NCBI GenBank assembly: GCA_041688945.1
Contig: JBDNHE010000037.1
Coordinates: 28,952 to 92,951, forward strand
Source of the DNA: Gemmatimonadota bacterium
GTDB taxonomy: Bacteria; Gemmatimonadota; Gemmatimonadetes; Longimicrobiales; Gaopeijiaceae
DNA: 64,000 nt
Direction: 5' to 3'
Made by a program: the position numbers and the translations under genes
Part shown: piece after piece, positions 18,919-28,845 of the stretch
How the letters are laid out: the number at the start of each line of letters is the position of its first letter
Numbering within the stretch: position 1 is the first letter of the stretch
The notes under the pieces: model-generated
The model's database searches: none
Told to the model about the DNA's origin: nothing
What the model saw: the letters and a program-made list of their open reading frames with translations, nothing else

Positions 18919-20691
18919 TTACTTGCCGCCGCGACGGATGATGGCGTCCTGCATCTCAATGTACTGATCCGCACCACTCAGCATCTGCTGCAAATTGATG
19001 CCCCGCTCCTGGGCGTAGGCCGAAGCACCGCCCATCAACTGCCGTGCCTGGCGGAACATCGGTAGCGCAGTCTGGGCCGTCGCAACGGTGCTCGCCCTGG
19101 CTGCCGCTTCGGGGCCACATCGACACGCGGCGATCCCCTGGTTATACAGGATGTAGCCATGCCAGAAGTTGTACTCCATCGTGCTCGCCGCTGACAGGCC
19201 TTCGAACCCATTCGCAGCCACGATTCCCTCAAGCGCATAGGCCCAGTTCTTCCGCTCCGGCGCGATGCCCTTGTTGTAGGCGTCGCCGAAAATAATTCGC
19301 GCGATGGTGTCCGGATCCGCGCCACCCTGAGTGACGGCCCTCCGGAGAATCGGCAGCGCGTCCGAGCGACGATTGGCCTGCAGCAGGATGTTCCCCTGAC
19401 GAGCGTACAGGTCGGGGTAGTTCGGATCGATCGACTCAATCCGCTGGTAGGCGGCAATCGCGTCATCGATGCGGTCCAGCCGGCGCAGCGCATCGGCGTA
19501 GGTGGCCCAGATGACGGTCTGATCCTGGAATATTGCCAGGATCGACTCGGCAGCGGAAGCCGCGTCCGCAAGGCGATTCATCTGAACGTTCGCCAACACC
19601 ACGTTCCGCAGCTGGCCAACATCCATCGAGTCCCGACGGATGGCGAAGACCGCCATGTAGTTCTCGATCGCGCGGCTGTAGAGCCGAGCGACGTCGGCCG
19701 GCACCGGATTGTTCGGTCCGGGTTGGAAGCCTTCCGGGAGGAGGGCACGCGCCGCCGAGAACGAATAGTTGGCGATGTCCGCCTTCAGGTCTAGCGACTC
19801 GGGATCCGACTCAAGGCCCTGTTCGGTGATTGCGACGGCGCCTTCGGGGTCACCCGCAAGCGCCATGTCATACGCGATTCGCCGACGTACCGTCACAGCG
19901 TCCGGGACGATCTCGAGGTATCGCGAGTAGTAGTCACGCCCGGCATCTTTGTCTCCCTCAGCAGTCGCAAGAAACCCGCCCAGGTTGAGCCCCGCTTCGT
20001 GGTAGGGGTTGGTCGCCAGGACTGCCTCGACAATCCCAAGAGCATCTGCATTGCGCTCCATCTTCCACAGCACAAACGCCTGCTGGTAGTGAACCTCGTT
20101 GTCGTCAGGGTTCAGCTCGTAAGCCTGATTACAGTTGTCCAGCGCCCGCACCCAGTTCTCTTCGTTGGAGTACTCGTAGCAGTAGGCACGGCGGCTCACC
20201 TGCTGAACGAAGCCATCAAAGGCGTCAACGATGTGCTGCGCCGCCTCCATCTTCCTGTCCTTGTGGATCGTCAGATCCGGCACAGGAAAGACCTGGCTCG
20301 CCTCAATGTTCACGATCTGAATCTGAGTCATGACCCGGTTGTCGCCCTGCTCCACATAGTTCATGCAGATGGCGACCTTGGCATTGACCTGGGGGCTGAA
20401 CTGACGTGTGGTCAGGCAAGTCAGGTCCTCCATGTCCACGTCAAGGCGACGCAAGTTGTCGCGAATCTCGTCTCGAGTAATAGGCTGGTGCGTCGGCATC
20501 GCGTTTACCATCTCGCGAAGCTCCTTGGCAACATCCCGTCCGAAGTTGCGATTGGCGCCCTGCATCGCGAAAAAGTCAGGGATCAGGACGCGGAAACGCT
20601 GCTGGCCGCTCACTTCCCCTGCACTCATGGCAGGGAGCACAACAAGCGCCAGGGCGAGAGCCATCACACCCAGCTTCATCCGTCCGAACAT
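18919..20691 (-). CDS. Secreted tetratricopeptide-repeat protein
   Basis: Signal peptide and several TPR-like helical repeats (AYELNPDD, IESIDPNYPD). Confidence 0.8.
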   Translation of the reverse strand: MFGRMKLGVMALALALVVLPAMSAGEVSGQQRFRVLIPDFFAMQGANRNFGRDVAKELREMVNAMPTHQPITRDEIRDNLRRLDVDMEDLTCLTTRQFSPQVNAKVAICMNYVEQGDNRVMTQIQIVNIEASQVFPVPDLTIHKDRKMEAAQHIVDAFDGFVQQVSRRAYCYEYSNEENWVRALDNCNQAYELNPDDNEVHYQQAFVLWKMERNADALGIVEAVLATNPYHEAGLNLGGFLATAEGDKDAGRDYYSRYLEIVPDAVTVRRRIAYDMALAGDPEGAVAITEQGLESDPESLDLKADIANYSFSAARALLPEGFQPGPNNPVPADVARLYSRAIENYMAVFAIRRDSMDVGQLRNVVLANVQMNRLADAASAAESILAIFQDQTVIWATYADALRRLDRIDDAIAAYQRIESIDPNYPDLYARQGNILLQANRRSDALPILRRAVTQGGADPDTIARIIFGDAYNKGIAPERKNWAYALEGIVAANGFEGLSAASTMEYNFWHGYILYNQGIAACRCGPEAAARASTVATAQTALPMFRQARQLMGGASAYAQERGINLQQMLSGADQYIEMQDAIIRRGGK

Positions 20692-21028
20692 GGAGGTAAC
20701 TCCTGGGCCTTTCCGGCCCGGTGGTAATTCGTCTCGTGGCCGGTGAGGGCCGCGACATCATCCAGAGTACTAGTACTAGACTTCAATCTTGAAGGATCCG
20801 TCCCGAAGAAATTTCCAGAACGAAACCACCCAATCTATCCGGAGGGCGAAGAGGTGGTCAATGCAAAGTGCTGCAACACATGGTCACACCCCTGAAACCG
20901 CATCCCGCGTGCCCTCCGGGGGCGGTTCATCTTCATCATACCCGAAACCCGCCCGCGGATTACAGGTGAAGCGCCCCCGGAAAGGGACCGTCATAGCCGA
21001 CGGGTAGCCGGCGGCTAGCCGACCGTGA

Positions 21029-21445
21029 TCAGAACGGTCCGTCCCGATCCTCAATGGCTGTGCGGACTTCCGGTGGGAGTGGCTTTGAAGTGCCGGCCGC
21101 GAAGTCATACATCACCTGCACCGTCATCCCCGACACCAGGAGCGCATCATCTTCCCCCCGAACCTCGTACTCCATGTGGAAGTGCTTTTTGCCCAGGCGA
21201 GACACACGGACACCGACGGACAGGGTCTGGGGCCACAGCACACGCTGGTGCCATCGGATCCGGGTCTCTGCCAGGACGTAGTCGATTCCTTCCAGACCCT
21301 GCCTGCCAACAACCTTGGTCCAGTAGGCCGCCCGAGCCTCCTCGAAGTAGACGAGGGCGTGCGAATGGTGGGCGTGCCCACCGATGTCGATGTCCTTGAA
21401 CCGTACATCGACCGGCTGGACGAAATGGAACACGGGTTGATCCAA
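21029..21445 (-). CDS. Hot-dog fold acyl-CoA thioesterase (4HBT/YbgC family)
   Basis: VRFKDIDxxGH...YFEEAR; 138 aa; GGAG ribosome-binding site before a TTG start. Confidence 0.88.
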   Translation of the reverse strand: MDQPVFHFVQPVDVRFKDIDIGGHAHHSHALVYFEEARAAYWTKVVGRQGLEGIDYVLAETRIRWHQRVLWPQTLSVGVRVSRLGKKHFHMEYEVRGEDDALLVSGMTVQVMYDFAAGTSKPLPPEVRTAIEDRDGPF

Positions 21446-21518
21446 AGCGGGTTCTCCCTTTGCTTCTCGTGACTTCTGCTTACTCCCGGCTGCTTATTCC
21501 CGGAGACTGGTCTAGCGT

Positions 21519-22622
21519 ATGGCGAGCCAAATCACAACTCCAAGTGTGATCGTGGTGGGTGGTGGCGTGATCGGCCTTTCGATTGCCCATCGGCTGGCCG
21601 GTACCGGCTCGCGTGTGACCGTGATCGAGCGCGACGTGGCCGGTCGAGGAGCCAGTTGGGCAGCGGGGGGAATGCTGTCTCCTTTGGCCGAAGCGGAGAA
21701 CCCCGGACCCTTTCTGGCGATGGCCATGGCCTCGCACCAGGCATGGCCGGAATGGACCGCCAGTCTTGAGGCGCAGGCCGAAGCGGACGTGGGGCTTCAC
21801 CTGGACGGAAAGACGCTCCTGGCCTTCGACGATGAACAGGCTGCCCGGCTTCGCACTCGTTTCGAATGGCAGAACGCGGCCGGCCACGAGGTAGGCTGGC
21901 TGTCGGCGACCGAGGTTCGGGCGATCGAGCCCGCCGTGGCCGAGAGCGTGGTCGCCGGCATCCACCTGCCCCACGATGGCCGGGTCAACAACCGGGCGCT
22001 GCTGGCGGCCCTCCGCGAAGCCTGTGCTCGGCGGTACGTGCGAATCCGCGAGGGTCTGGAGGTGACCAAGCTCACCAGCAGCGAGGGTCACGTGGTGGGG
22101 GTCGAGACGACAATGGGGCCCGTGCGGGCCGACCTGACGATCGTTGCCGCGGGTGCCTGGACACCGGGACTGGTGGGCGAGACGCCCCGGCCGGTGAAAG
22201 GGCAGATGGTCGAGCTGGCTCCCGTGGGGCGGCCTGTGAACGGCGTCATCGCGGCCCCGGGTGCCTATCTGATTCCACGCGACACGCCGTACGGCCATCG
22301 GATCGTCGTCGGGGCGACGATGGAGGACGCGGGGTTCGATTTGTCCATAAACGAATCGGCCATCCATGAACTGCAGTCCGCTGCTGTCCGTGCTGTCCCG
22401 GTTCTCGCCGCCGCCGAGCGGACGGATGCGTGGGCTGGCCTCCGGCCGGGCTCGCCGGACGACCTGCCTGTCCTGGGGCCGGACCCGACACGCCCGGGCC
22501 TGATCCACGCCCACGGACACTATCGAAATGGCGTGCTGTTGGCTCCCATTACGGCCATCTGGATTGAAAGCTGGGTCCTGGGTGTGGATCCACCCGGCGC
22601 CGAGGCATTTCTTCCCCGATAA
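21519..22622 (+). CDS. thiO: Glycine oxidase ThiO / DAO-family FAD oxidoreductase
   Basis: GGGVIG FAD motif, GASWAAGGML, PVKGQ, WAGLRP, GHYRNGVLLAPIT. Confidence 0.85.
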   Translation: MASQITTPSVIVVGGGVIGLSIAHRLAGTGSRVTVIERDVAGRGASWAAGGMLSPLAEAENPGPFLAMAMASHQAWPEWTASLEAQAEADVGLHLDGKTLLAFDDEQAARLRTRFEWQNAAGHEVGWLSATEVRAIEPAVAESVVAGIHLPHDGRVNNRALLAALREACARRYVRIREGLEVTKLTSSEGHVVGVETTMGPVRADLTIVAAGAWTPGLVGETPRPVKGQMVELAPVGRPVNGVIAAPGAYLIPRDTPYGHRIVVGATMEDAGFDLSINESAIHELQSAAVRAVPVLAAAERTDAWAGLRPGSPDDLPVLGPDPTRPGLIHAHGHYRNGVLLAPITAIWIESWVLGVDPPGAEAFLPR

Positions 22623-22664
22623 TTCGTGCTGGCTCCGGAGAAGTGACGGGCATTAGCTTTAGAC

Positions 22665-23528
22665 ATGCTCAGACGACTCCCAGTATCCGCCAGACTCCCC
22701 CGCCCCGCCGCGGCAGGGCCCTTCCATCGTCCACTGCTCGCCCTGACGCTCATGGCGACGGTTGGCGGGTGTGCAACCGGACCCGGGACGCAGACGCGTG
22801 CCGAACCCGATTTCTCGGCCGCGTCCTGGCAAGCACTGGTTCAGCCTCGGCCCGTAGCCGTCGCAGGGGCGCCGAGGGTGTCCGTTGCGGAAGCCCTGCT
22901 GACCGCGGATCCATGGGGCCTGCCACAATCCGGATCGGCGCTGGCTCTTACCGAGCTTGTTTCCGTCGACATGCTGGAGCGCCGGGATGTCAGTTTCGTG
23001 GAGCGTCGGCGATTTACGCCTGCTGCCGAGCGTCAGCGCCTGGGCCTGCCTGCCCCGGCCGGTCAGCCACCGGTCGGCACCTCGGCGGGCGCCGAGTGGA
23101 TGCTTCACATCACGGTCGTGACCAATCCGGCAGTCCCGGGTGCACTCGACCTGAGGCTGGTGCATGTCGAGTCGGGAGCCAATCGCGCAGGCTGGCGAGT
23201 CGCGGTGCCCGTGGAGGCTGATCTGGTCGGGCTTGCACGGCTGGTCGTGGGTTCGGTGATGCTCCAGCTCAATGAGCTCGCGCTGGGCGTCGCCCGGGAC
23301 GCATCAGCCCCCGTGGTGAGCGACACATACGCCGATTCTGCTGTCCCCGGCGGTGCGACCACCGCATTTCTCAACGGGGTCCGGTGGGAGGATCTCTATC
23401 GCTGGGAGCTGGCCCGCGCGTCGTACGAATCCGCCCTGGCCCGCGCCAACGGCAACTTCCGCGAGGCGGAAACGGCGCTGCGACGGACGGCCCGGTTACG
23501 ATCGGGGGGATCGCTCGGCGGGTCGTGA
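22665..23528 (+). CDS. Hypothetical lipoprotein with a CsgG/LpoB-like domain and C-terminal TPR-like helices
   Basis: Lipobox-like VGGC, FVERR motif, helical C-terminus; family assignment tentative. Confidence 0.55.
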   Translation: MLRRLPVSARLPRPAAAGPFHRPLLALTLMATVGGCATGPGTQTRAEPDFSAASWQALVQPRPVAVAGAPRVSVAEALLTADPWGLPQSGSALALTELVSVDMLERRDVSFVERRRFTPAAERQRLGLPAPAGQPPVGTSAGAEWMLHITVVTNPAVPGALDLRLVHVESGANRAGWRVAVPVEADLVGLARLVVGSVMLQLNELALGVARDASAPVVSDTYADSAVPGGATTAFLNGVRWEDLYRWELARASYESALARANGNFREAETALRRTARLRSGGSLGGS

Positions 23529-23624
23529 ACCGAGAAGGCTGATACAGGACGCTGGCGAAGGGACGCCTTTTCACCCCACTTTGCCCGGACCCTCATAACT
23601 TCTTCGCACACCGACGGTTTTTTC

Positions 23625-25706
23625 GTGGCAAGGAAAGATCCTATCTCTTCGCCTGCTGCTCAGCCCAGCACAGGGCTATCCGTCCTCCTTGTAGAGGACA
23701 ACGCCGCGGAAAGATGGCTCTATACGGAGATCCTCCGAACGCGCGGGCATACGGTCACTGCCTGCGGTGATGCCGATCAGGGCTGGGAGTGCTACTCCTC
23801 GGGGGAATATCCTCTGATTTTGTTGGATCTCCAGCTCCCCGGGGGCGTTGACGGACTGTCGTTGTGCCGCCGGATCCGGGAGCGGGAGGTGGGCAAGCGA
23901 TCAATCATCCTGGTCGTGACCGGCCGCGACGAAGCCGAGACGCTTGAGGCGGTCCTTGAGGCGGGGGCAGACGACTACATCCGAAAGCCGGTCGATGTCG
24001 GGCTGCTGAATGTCCGCCTGGCGATTGCCGAGCGTGAGGCCGAGCGTGAACGTCTGCGACACCAGACGGACGTCGCGCTTGAGCAGACCAGCCTGGAACT
24101 GCAGACGCTCTTCCGGAATCTGGATGACGTCTTCTTCTCCATCGACCTGGTCGAGCAGCGGCTGATCCAGGTGTCTCCTGCCGCGAAAACGCTGCTGGGC
24201 TACACCCAGGAAGAGCTGCTTGAGCGTCCCGATCTCGTGTCCTCGCTGATTCTTCCTCCAGAGGCGCGTACCCGACTCGAGAGCCAGGCGATCGCCGAGC
24301 CCGGGGCCAAGGTGGTCCACCCGTTTTCGATCCGACTACCGGATGGTAGCGAGCGTTGGGTCCAGGCGAACTACAAGCCGGTTCTTGAGGCGGGATCCAT
24401 CCGGCGCATTGATGGCGTCCTTACCGACGTTACGGAACGTCAGCGAAGCCAGTTGGAACTGGCGGCCCGGAACCGGGAGATCGCCACGCTCGCGCGCCTG
24501 ACCGAATTGGCGCTGTCCGCCGGTTCGGAGGATGAGGCATACCGCGAGATCCTGGAAGAGGCCAGCCGATCGACGGGCTACCCCATCGTCATTCTAGAGG
24601 AATGGGATTCAGCCCGGGATGTCCTGATCGTCCGGCACGCCCGTGGCCTCCGAGCGAGCGTGGAGGAACCTCTCATCTTCCCGGCCCATGAGACGATCTC
24701 GGGGCAGGTGGTACACGAACGGAAGCCGGTCGTGGAGACCGACCTCAGAGGCAACCGCCGGCACCGGGCTACGGCCCTGCTGGACCTTCAGCTCAAAACC
24801 TACATCTCCTTCCCGCTTCTGACCGGGAACGATGCGCGTGGGGCACTCACGCTCGGTCACACGGAAGCCCTCCGGCCCGAGCCCCGGCTCATCCGGATGG
24901 GAATGAGCATGGCATCGGCGATCGCCTCACACATGGATCGCCTGGCGGCTCAGGAAGCCTTGAGGGACAGAGAGCAGAGCTACCGCCAGTTGGCCGGGGC
25001 ACTTCAGCAGGCCAATCAGGAACTCGAGTCCTTCGCCTATTCGGTCTCCCATGACCTGCGCGCCCCTCTGAGGACCATGCAGGGCTTTGCGCACGCTTTG
25101 CTGCAGAACCATGGCGAGAGCCTGGACTCCGAAGCAAAGGACTTCGCCAACCGGATCATCAGGTCGGGTGAGAACGCCGAGCAGCTCATTTCGGATCTTC
25201 TCGCTTACAGTCGTCTGAGCTTTGAAAATCTCGAGATGCAGGACGTGGACCTGGCAGCGGTGGTGACCGAAGTGCTTGACCGGCTCCAGGGGGACATCAA
25301 GACCCGGGACGCGCTGATCAAGGTCGACAAGGATCTGCCGCACGTGCAGGCCCACCATCTGACTCTGGTCCAGGTCACGGCCAACCTGATCTCGAACGCC
25401 ATCAAGTTCGTGCCAGAGGGCGTCCGGCCCGAGATCCGCATTTCGGTGGAGCGCCTCTCCAACGATGCCGTGAGCCTGGAAGTGCTGGACAACGGCGTCG
25501 GCGTTCCCGAGGACAAGCGCGAACGTGTCTTCCGGGTGTTTGAACGCCTCTCTGATCAGGCCCACCGCGAAGGAACCGGGATCGGGCTGGCAATTGTGCG
25601 GCGAGGGATGGAGCGGCTGGGAGGGACGGCCAGCGTCGACGCACGCCCCGGCGGCGGTTCGATCTTCCGAGTCACGATTCCGAATCGACGCCCCAGCCGG
25701 ATCTGA
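23625..25706 (+). CDS. Hybrid histidine kinase REC-PAS-GAF-HisKA-HATPase
   Basis: LLVEDN and LLDLQLP receiver motifs, PAS (DGSERWV), GAF, SHDLRAPLR H-box, NAIKF, DNGVG, GTGIGLAIV. Confidence 0.93.
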   Translation: MARKDPISSPAAQPSTGLSVLLVEDNAAERWLYTEILRTRGHTVTACGDADQGWECYSSGEYPLILLDLQLPGGVDGLSLCRRIREREVGKRSIILVVTGRDEAETLEAVLEAGADDYIRKPVDVGLLNVRLAIAEREAERERLRHQTDVALEQTSLELQTLFRNLDDVFFSIDLVEQRLIQVSPAAKTLLGYTQEELLERPDLVSSLILPPEARTRLESQAIAEPGAKVVHPFSIRLPDGSERWVQANYKPVLEAGSIRRIDGVLTDVTERQRSQLELAARNREIATLARLTELALSAGSEDEAYREILEEASRSTGYPIVILEEWDSARDVLIVRHARGLRASVEEPLIFPAHETISGQVVHERKPVVETDLRGNRRHRATALLDLQLKTYISFPLLTGNDARGALTLGHTEALRPEPRLIRMGMSMASAIASHMDRLAAQEALRDREQSYRQLAGALQQANQELESFAYSVSHDLRAPLRTMQGFAHALLQNHGESLDSEAKDFANRIIRSGENAEQLISDLLAYSRLSFENLEMQDVDLAAVVTEVLDRLQGDIKTRDALIKVDKDLPHVQAHHLTLVQVTANLISNAIKFVPEGVRPEIRISVERLSNDAVSLEVLDNGVGVPEDKRERVFRVFERLSDQAHREGTGIGLAIVRRGMERLGGTASVDARPGGGSIFRVTIPNRRPSRI

Positions 25707-25716
25707 GTAGGAAATG

Positions 25717-25758
25717 AAAAAACCGGCGGCCGGCTCACTGAGGGTCAACCGCCGGCTT
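25717..25758. terminator. Terminator between convergent genes
   Basis: A run followed by a CCGGCGG...CCGCCGG stem. Confidence 0.55.
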
Positions 25759-25778
25759 GCACCGAGTTCAGGCAGAGA

Positions 25779-26831
25779 TCAGCCGCCGATCAGGCGAATC
25801 CGGCCGGAACCCGTGTCGACCATGATCCGACCGCGGCCATTCCCCACACGTCCGCGGAAGTAGTCGCGGCTCATGCGCTCAACGGCGACTTCGAACCCGA
25901 CGTCGATACCGCCAGAACCGGTGTCCACTTCGATCTCTGCATCGAGATCCCTGGGAAGCCGGAGCGTCACACTGCCTGATCCCGTGTCGACTTCCAGTCG
26001 ATCCACCGCGCCGATCACCTCCACTTCTACCGAACCTGACCCGGTGTCGACCAGGACTTCCGGGACGTTCATTCGGCGGAGCACGACGCTACCCGATCCG
26101 GTATCCACATTCACTTCCGGGGCACGAACGTTGTCCCCAGTCACCCGACCCGAGCCAGTGTCCACATGGACGAACGGGCCCTCGATGTCGCTGACCTCGA
26201 CACTCCCCGATCCGGTGTCGATCTCGACCTCTCCGGTTACTCGGACCGCCGTCACGCTGCCCGATCCTGAGTCGATGCTCAGGTTACCGGTCATCCCGGC
26301 CACGTCGATGCTTCCCGCATGATTGTCCAGATTGAGATCCGCCCGGACGTCGGTGACCTTCATCTCCGACATTCCGGCGTAGATCCGAACGTCGTGTCCC
26401 GACGGAACCGAGATCCGCAGGTTCGCATGAGCGTCCATACCGCCCGCGCGGCTACTGATCCGCACCCGGTCACCCTGACGATCACCGCTATCTCCGAACG
26501 TCCCCTCTGAGCGGATTCGCATCTCGGAGTTGTAGTTCCCCCGGGTCCCCTCGGGCCGGTAAAAGATGTCGTCATCGGGGTAGATCACTCGCAGGGCGGT
26601 CCGCCCACTGATTTCGTCCACCTCGACCGAGAGGCGGCCAGCGTCAGCGCCACCGCGTTCGATCTCGACCACCACCTGATTGCCACTTCCGGTAACCACT
26701 TCAACGGTGCCGGCGACGTTGTAGATCGAGACCATCCGTCCGTCCAACCGACGGGTGTCCTGGGCGGTCGTCGCGACCGCCGTCGTAGCCAGAAGCGCCA
26801 GGCCCAGCGCTGTATTCTTCCAATGATTCAT
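25779..26831 (-). CDS. DUF4097-family beta-strand repeat protein, secreted
   Basis: Signal peptide; eight D[ST]GSG repeats, mostly about 19-21 aa apart. Confidence 0.88.
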   Translation of the reverse strand: MNHWKNTALGLALLATTAVATTAQDTRRLDGRMVSIYNVAGTVEVVTGSGNQVVVEIERGGADAGRLSVEVDEISGRTALRVIYPDDDIFYRPEGTRGNYNSEMRIRSEGTFGDSGDRQGDRVRISSRAGGMDAHANLRISVPSGHDVRIYAGMSEMKVTDVRADLNLDNHAGSIDVAGMTGNLSIDSGSGSVTAVRVTGEVEIDTGSGSVEVSDIEGPFVHVDTGSGRVTGDNVRAPEVNVDTGSGSVVLRRMNVPEVLVDTGSGSVEVEVIGAVDRLEVDTGSGSVTLRLPRDLDAEIEVDTGSGGIDVGFEVAVERMSRDYFRGRVGNGRGRIMVDTGSGRIRLIGG

Positions 26832-26867
26832 TTCGATTGATCCTTCGGAGTTGGCCGCCGTTCGGGA

Positions 26868-27944
26868 TCAGCGGATTCTGATTGACCCGTTAACAGTCCG
26901 GACCCGCAATTCGGGTCCACCCTCACCCAGCATCCCCTGCGCCTGACGACGTCCCAGCCGCCCATTGAGGCGCAGCGGGATATCGCTCTCCAGATCGCCA
27001 TTCATCCAGCTTGCATCAAGGTCGGCATTCAGGTCGTCCGCAACGTCCAGGATGACCGAACCGTTGACCGTTTCGAAGCGCGCATCTTCCCGCATGACAT
27101 CGAAGGTGGCACGGACGTCGCCGTTGACCGTGCTGGCCTCCGCCGATCCGGTCGTCTCCAACTCGACGTCCCCATTGACCGTACGGGCCACAACGTCAGC
27201 CTTCAGATTTTCAATCTGGATGTCGCCGTTCACCGTACGTCCGTGGAAGCGGACATTGGCCGGCACGCGGACTTCCCAGTCCACCTGGGTGTCGTTGCGA
27301 CGCACGCTCATCTGTCCGTCATCGCCCACGCCGCACTCGTTATCCCGTCGGCTGTCATCGGGCGTCGGGTAGAGCGCACAGAGTGTCACTCCGCCCCTGT
27401 GCTCAATTATTTGGATGGTCACGGACTCGGGGTCACTGCGCCGCGCACTCTTGCGGGCCAGAACCTCAATCCGGTTTCCACTGGCCGGCATGGCGCTGAT
27501 CTCGCCGGAGATCCCCTTGATCTCCAGGATCTCGCCGGCTCCGATCGAACCGTTCCATTCGAAGTCTGCGCCTTCGACACGGGGACCGGAATCCTGATCC
27601 CGGTCAGAGCGGTCATAGTCCCAGTCGTTCATTCCGGACCAGTCCCAATCGGCCTCGCGAAGCGCCTCAGAAAAATTCTCAGACCAGCGATCTCCCCACC
27701 GCTCGCCCAGCTCCTCGAAGCGCTCCCCCAGTTCCTCCATCCGGAACGAAAAGTCCGAATCTTCATCGAACGCACGCTCCATTCGGAAGGCTGCACGCTC
27801 CAGCGCGACGGCAAGCCGGTCGCCGAAGTCTTCCCAGCGCCGGTCGTCCCGGCGGTCGTCCACACGTTGCGCCATCAGCGCGACGGGCATTGCCGTCACG
27901 AGCGTCGCCGCGAGCAGGACTCTCTTCCACGTCTTCATCATCAT
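26868..27944 (-). CDS. DUF4097-family beta-strand repeat protein with W/D/E/R-rich N-terminus
   Basis: Signal peptide; repeated TVNG motifs; C-terminal GEGGPELRVRTVNGSIRI. Confidence 0.88.
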   Translation of the reverse strand: MMMKTWKRVLLAATLVTAMPVALMAQRVDDRRDDRRWEDFGDRLAVALERAAFRMERAFDEDSDFSFRMEELGERFEELGERWGDRWSENFSEALREADWDWSGMNDWDYDRSDRDQDSGPRVEGADFEWNGSIGAGEILEIKGISGEISAMPASGNRIEVLARKSARRSDPESVTIQIIEHRGGVTLCALYPTPDDSRRDNECGVGDDGQMSVRRNDTQVDWEVRVPANVRFHGRTVNGDIQIENLKADVVARTVNGDVELETTGSAEASTVNGDVRATFDVMREDARFETVNGSVILDVADDLNADLDASWMNGDLESDIPLRLNGRLGRRQAQGMLGEGGPELRVRTVNGSIRIR

Positions 27945-28000
27945 TCCCATTCCGGATAAGTGTCCGTTCATGTTCTGATCGATCGACGCCCAAGGCGCCC

Positions 28001-28330
28001 TTACCTGCGAAGCAGGCGTATGTCTCCATCGAAATTCTGAATCAGGATTCGGGCCTGGCCGTTTCCCAGCTCGAAGCGGAGAGCCTGACCGGCCCCCACC
28101 CCACCAACCCTGACGGGAAATTCGCTCTCAAAGTTCCCGTCAATCGTCGAGACCTCGAACCGCCCTCCGAAATCGGCGGGCAGGCGGAGAGTGACATCTC
28201 CGCTATGGGTCACGAGCGACAGGTTCCCGCGGGGCCCAACCTGTCCGTCGAAAACGATGTCTCCATCCAGCGTCGTCGCCTCGACCACATTGGCCTCAAT
28301 GCCTCGGAGCGACAGGTCTCCATCAATTCC
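28001..28330 (-). pseudogene. C-terminal fragment of a third DUF4097 protein (5' part missing)
   Basis: IDGDLSL...TLDGDI...THSGDV...TIDGNF...LGNGQARILIQNFDGDIRL; no signal peptide or N-terminal domain. Confidence 0.75.
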
Positions 28331-28659
28331 AGAATCCCGTCGCCTGGCACATGGCGCATCTCGCGCTTTCGCGCCGATGCCCGGCGAGTCAGGATCAGAT
28401 TCACTGCCAGCCGGTGCAGCCAGGTTGAGAAGCTGCTGTCGCCGCGGAAGGTCCCAAGCTTGGTCCAGGCCCGGAGGTAGACTTCCTGGGTCAGATCGTC
28501 CGCGCTCTCCTGGCCAGCCATGCGGCGGGCCAGGGCGTGGATCCTGGGTACAGTGTCCCGATAGAGGCGCTCGAACGCCTCCGCGTCTCCCTGCGCGGCC
28601 AAGGCTGCATCTTTCCCGGGATCCATTGGCTCCAGCTTCAAAGCGATTGCAGTTCTCAT
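28210..28659 (-). pseudogene. ECF RNA polymerase sigma factor truncated after region 2
   Basis: GDAEAFERLY...ADDLTQEVYLRAW...FRGDSSFSTWLHRLAVN; no region 4; the tail reads out of frame into the DUF4097 fragment. Confidence 0.85.
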
Positions 28660-28753
28660 CCGTGGCCTGGGCCGATTCACTCTTGGTGCTCGTATGGTTG
28701 GACTGCGCGAATCGGCCGCGGGTTGTAACCTTCCCATACAGTCGTACCGGTCG

Positions 28754-28807
28754 CCAGTGTGGTGTATCAAAAGTTCGGGAGCCACCTTATGCGTCGAGGT
28801 GCCGGAT
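28754..28807 (+). repeat. One-ended copy of the miniature inverted-repeat element
   Basis: 48/54 identical to the reverse complement of 35575-35628. Confidence 0.85.
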
Positions 28808-28845
28808 CCTGCAACCGACTGCCAACCTTGGACCCGGAGCCTGTT

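Noticed and set aside
20884-20994. 36-aa ORF (MTVPFRGRF...) after the thioesterase
   Set aside because: No ribosome-binding site or recognisable motif; it cannot be supported from sequence alone.
25790-26280. Regularly spaced DNA repeats resembling a CRISPR array
   Set aside because: They encode the DTGSG protein repeats, vary at third codon positions, and no cas genes are present.
28320-28340. Programmed -1 frameshift making a sigma-DUF4097 fusion
   Set aside because: No slippery heptamer, and both partners lack essential parts; a deletion or misassembly is simpler.
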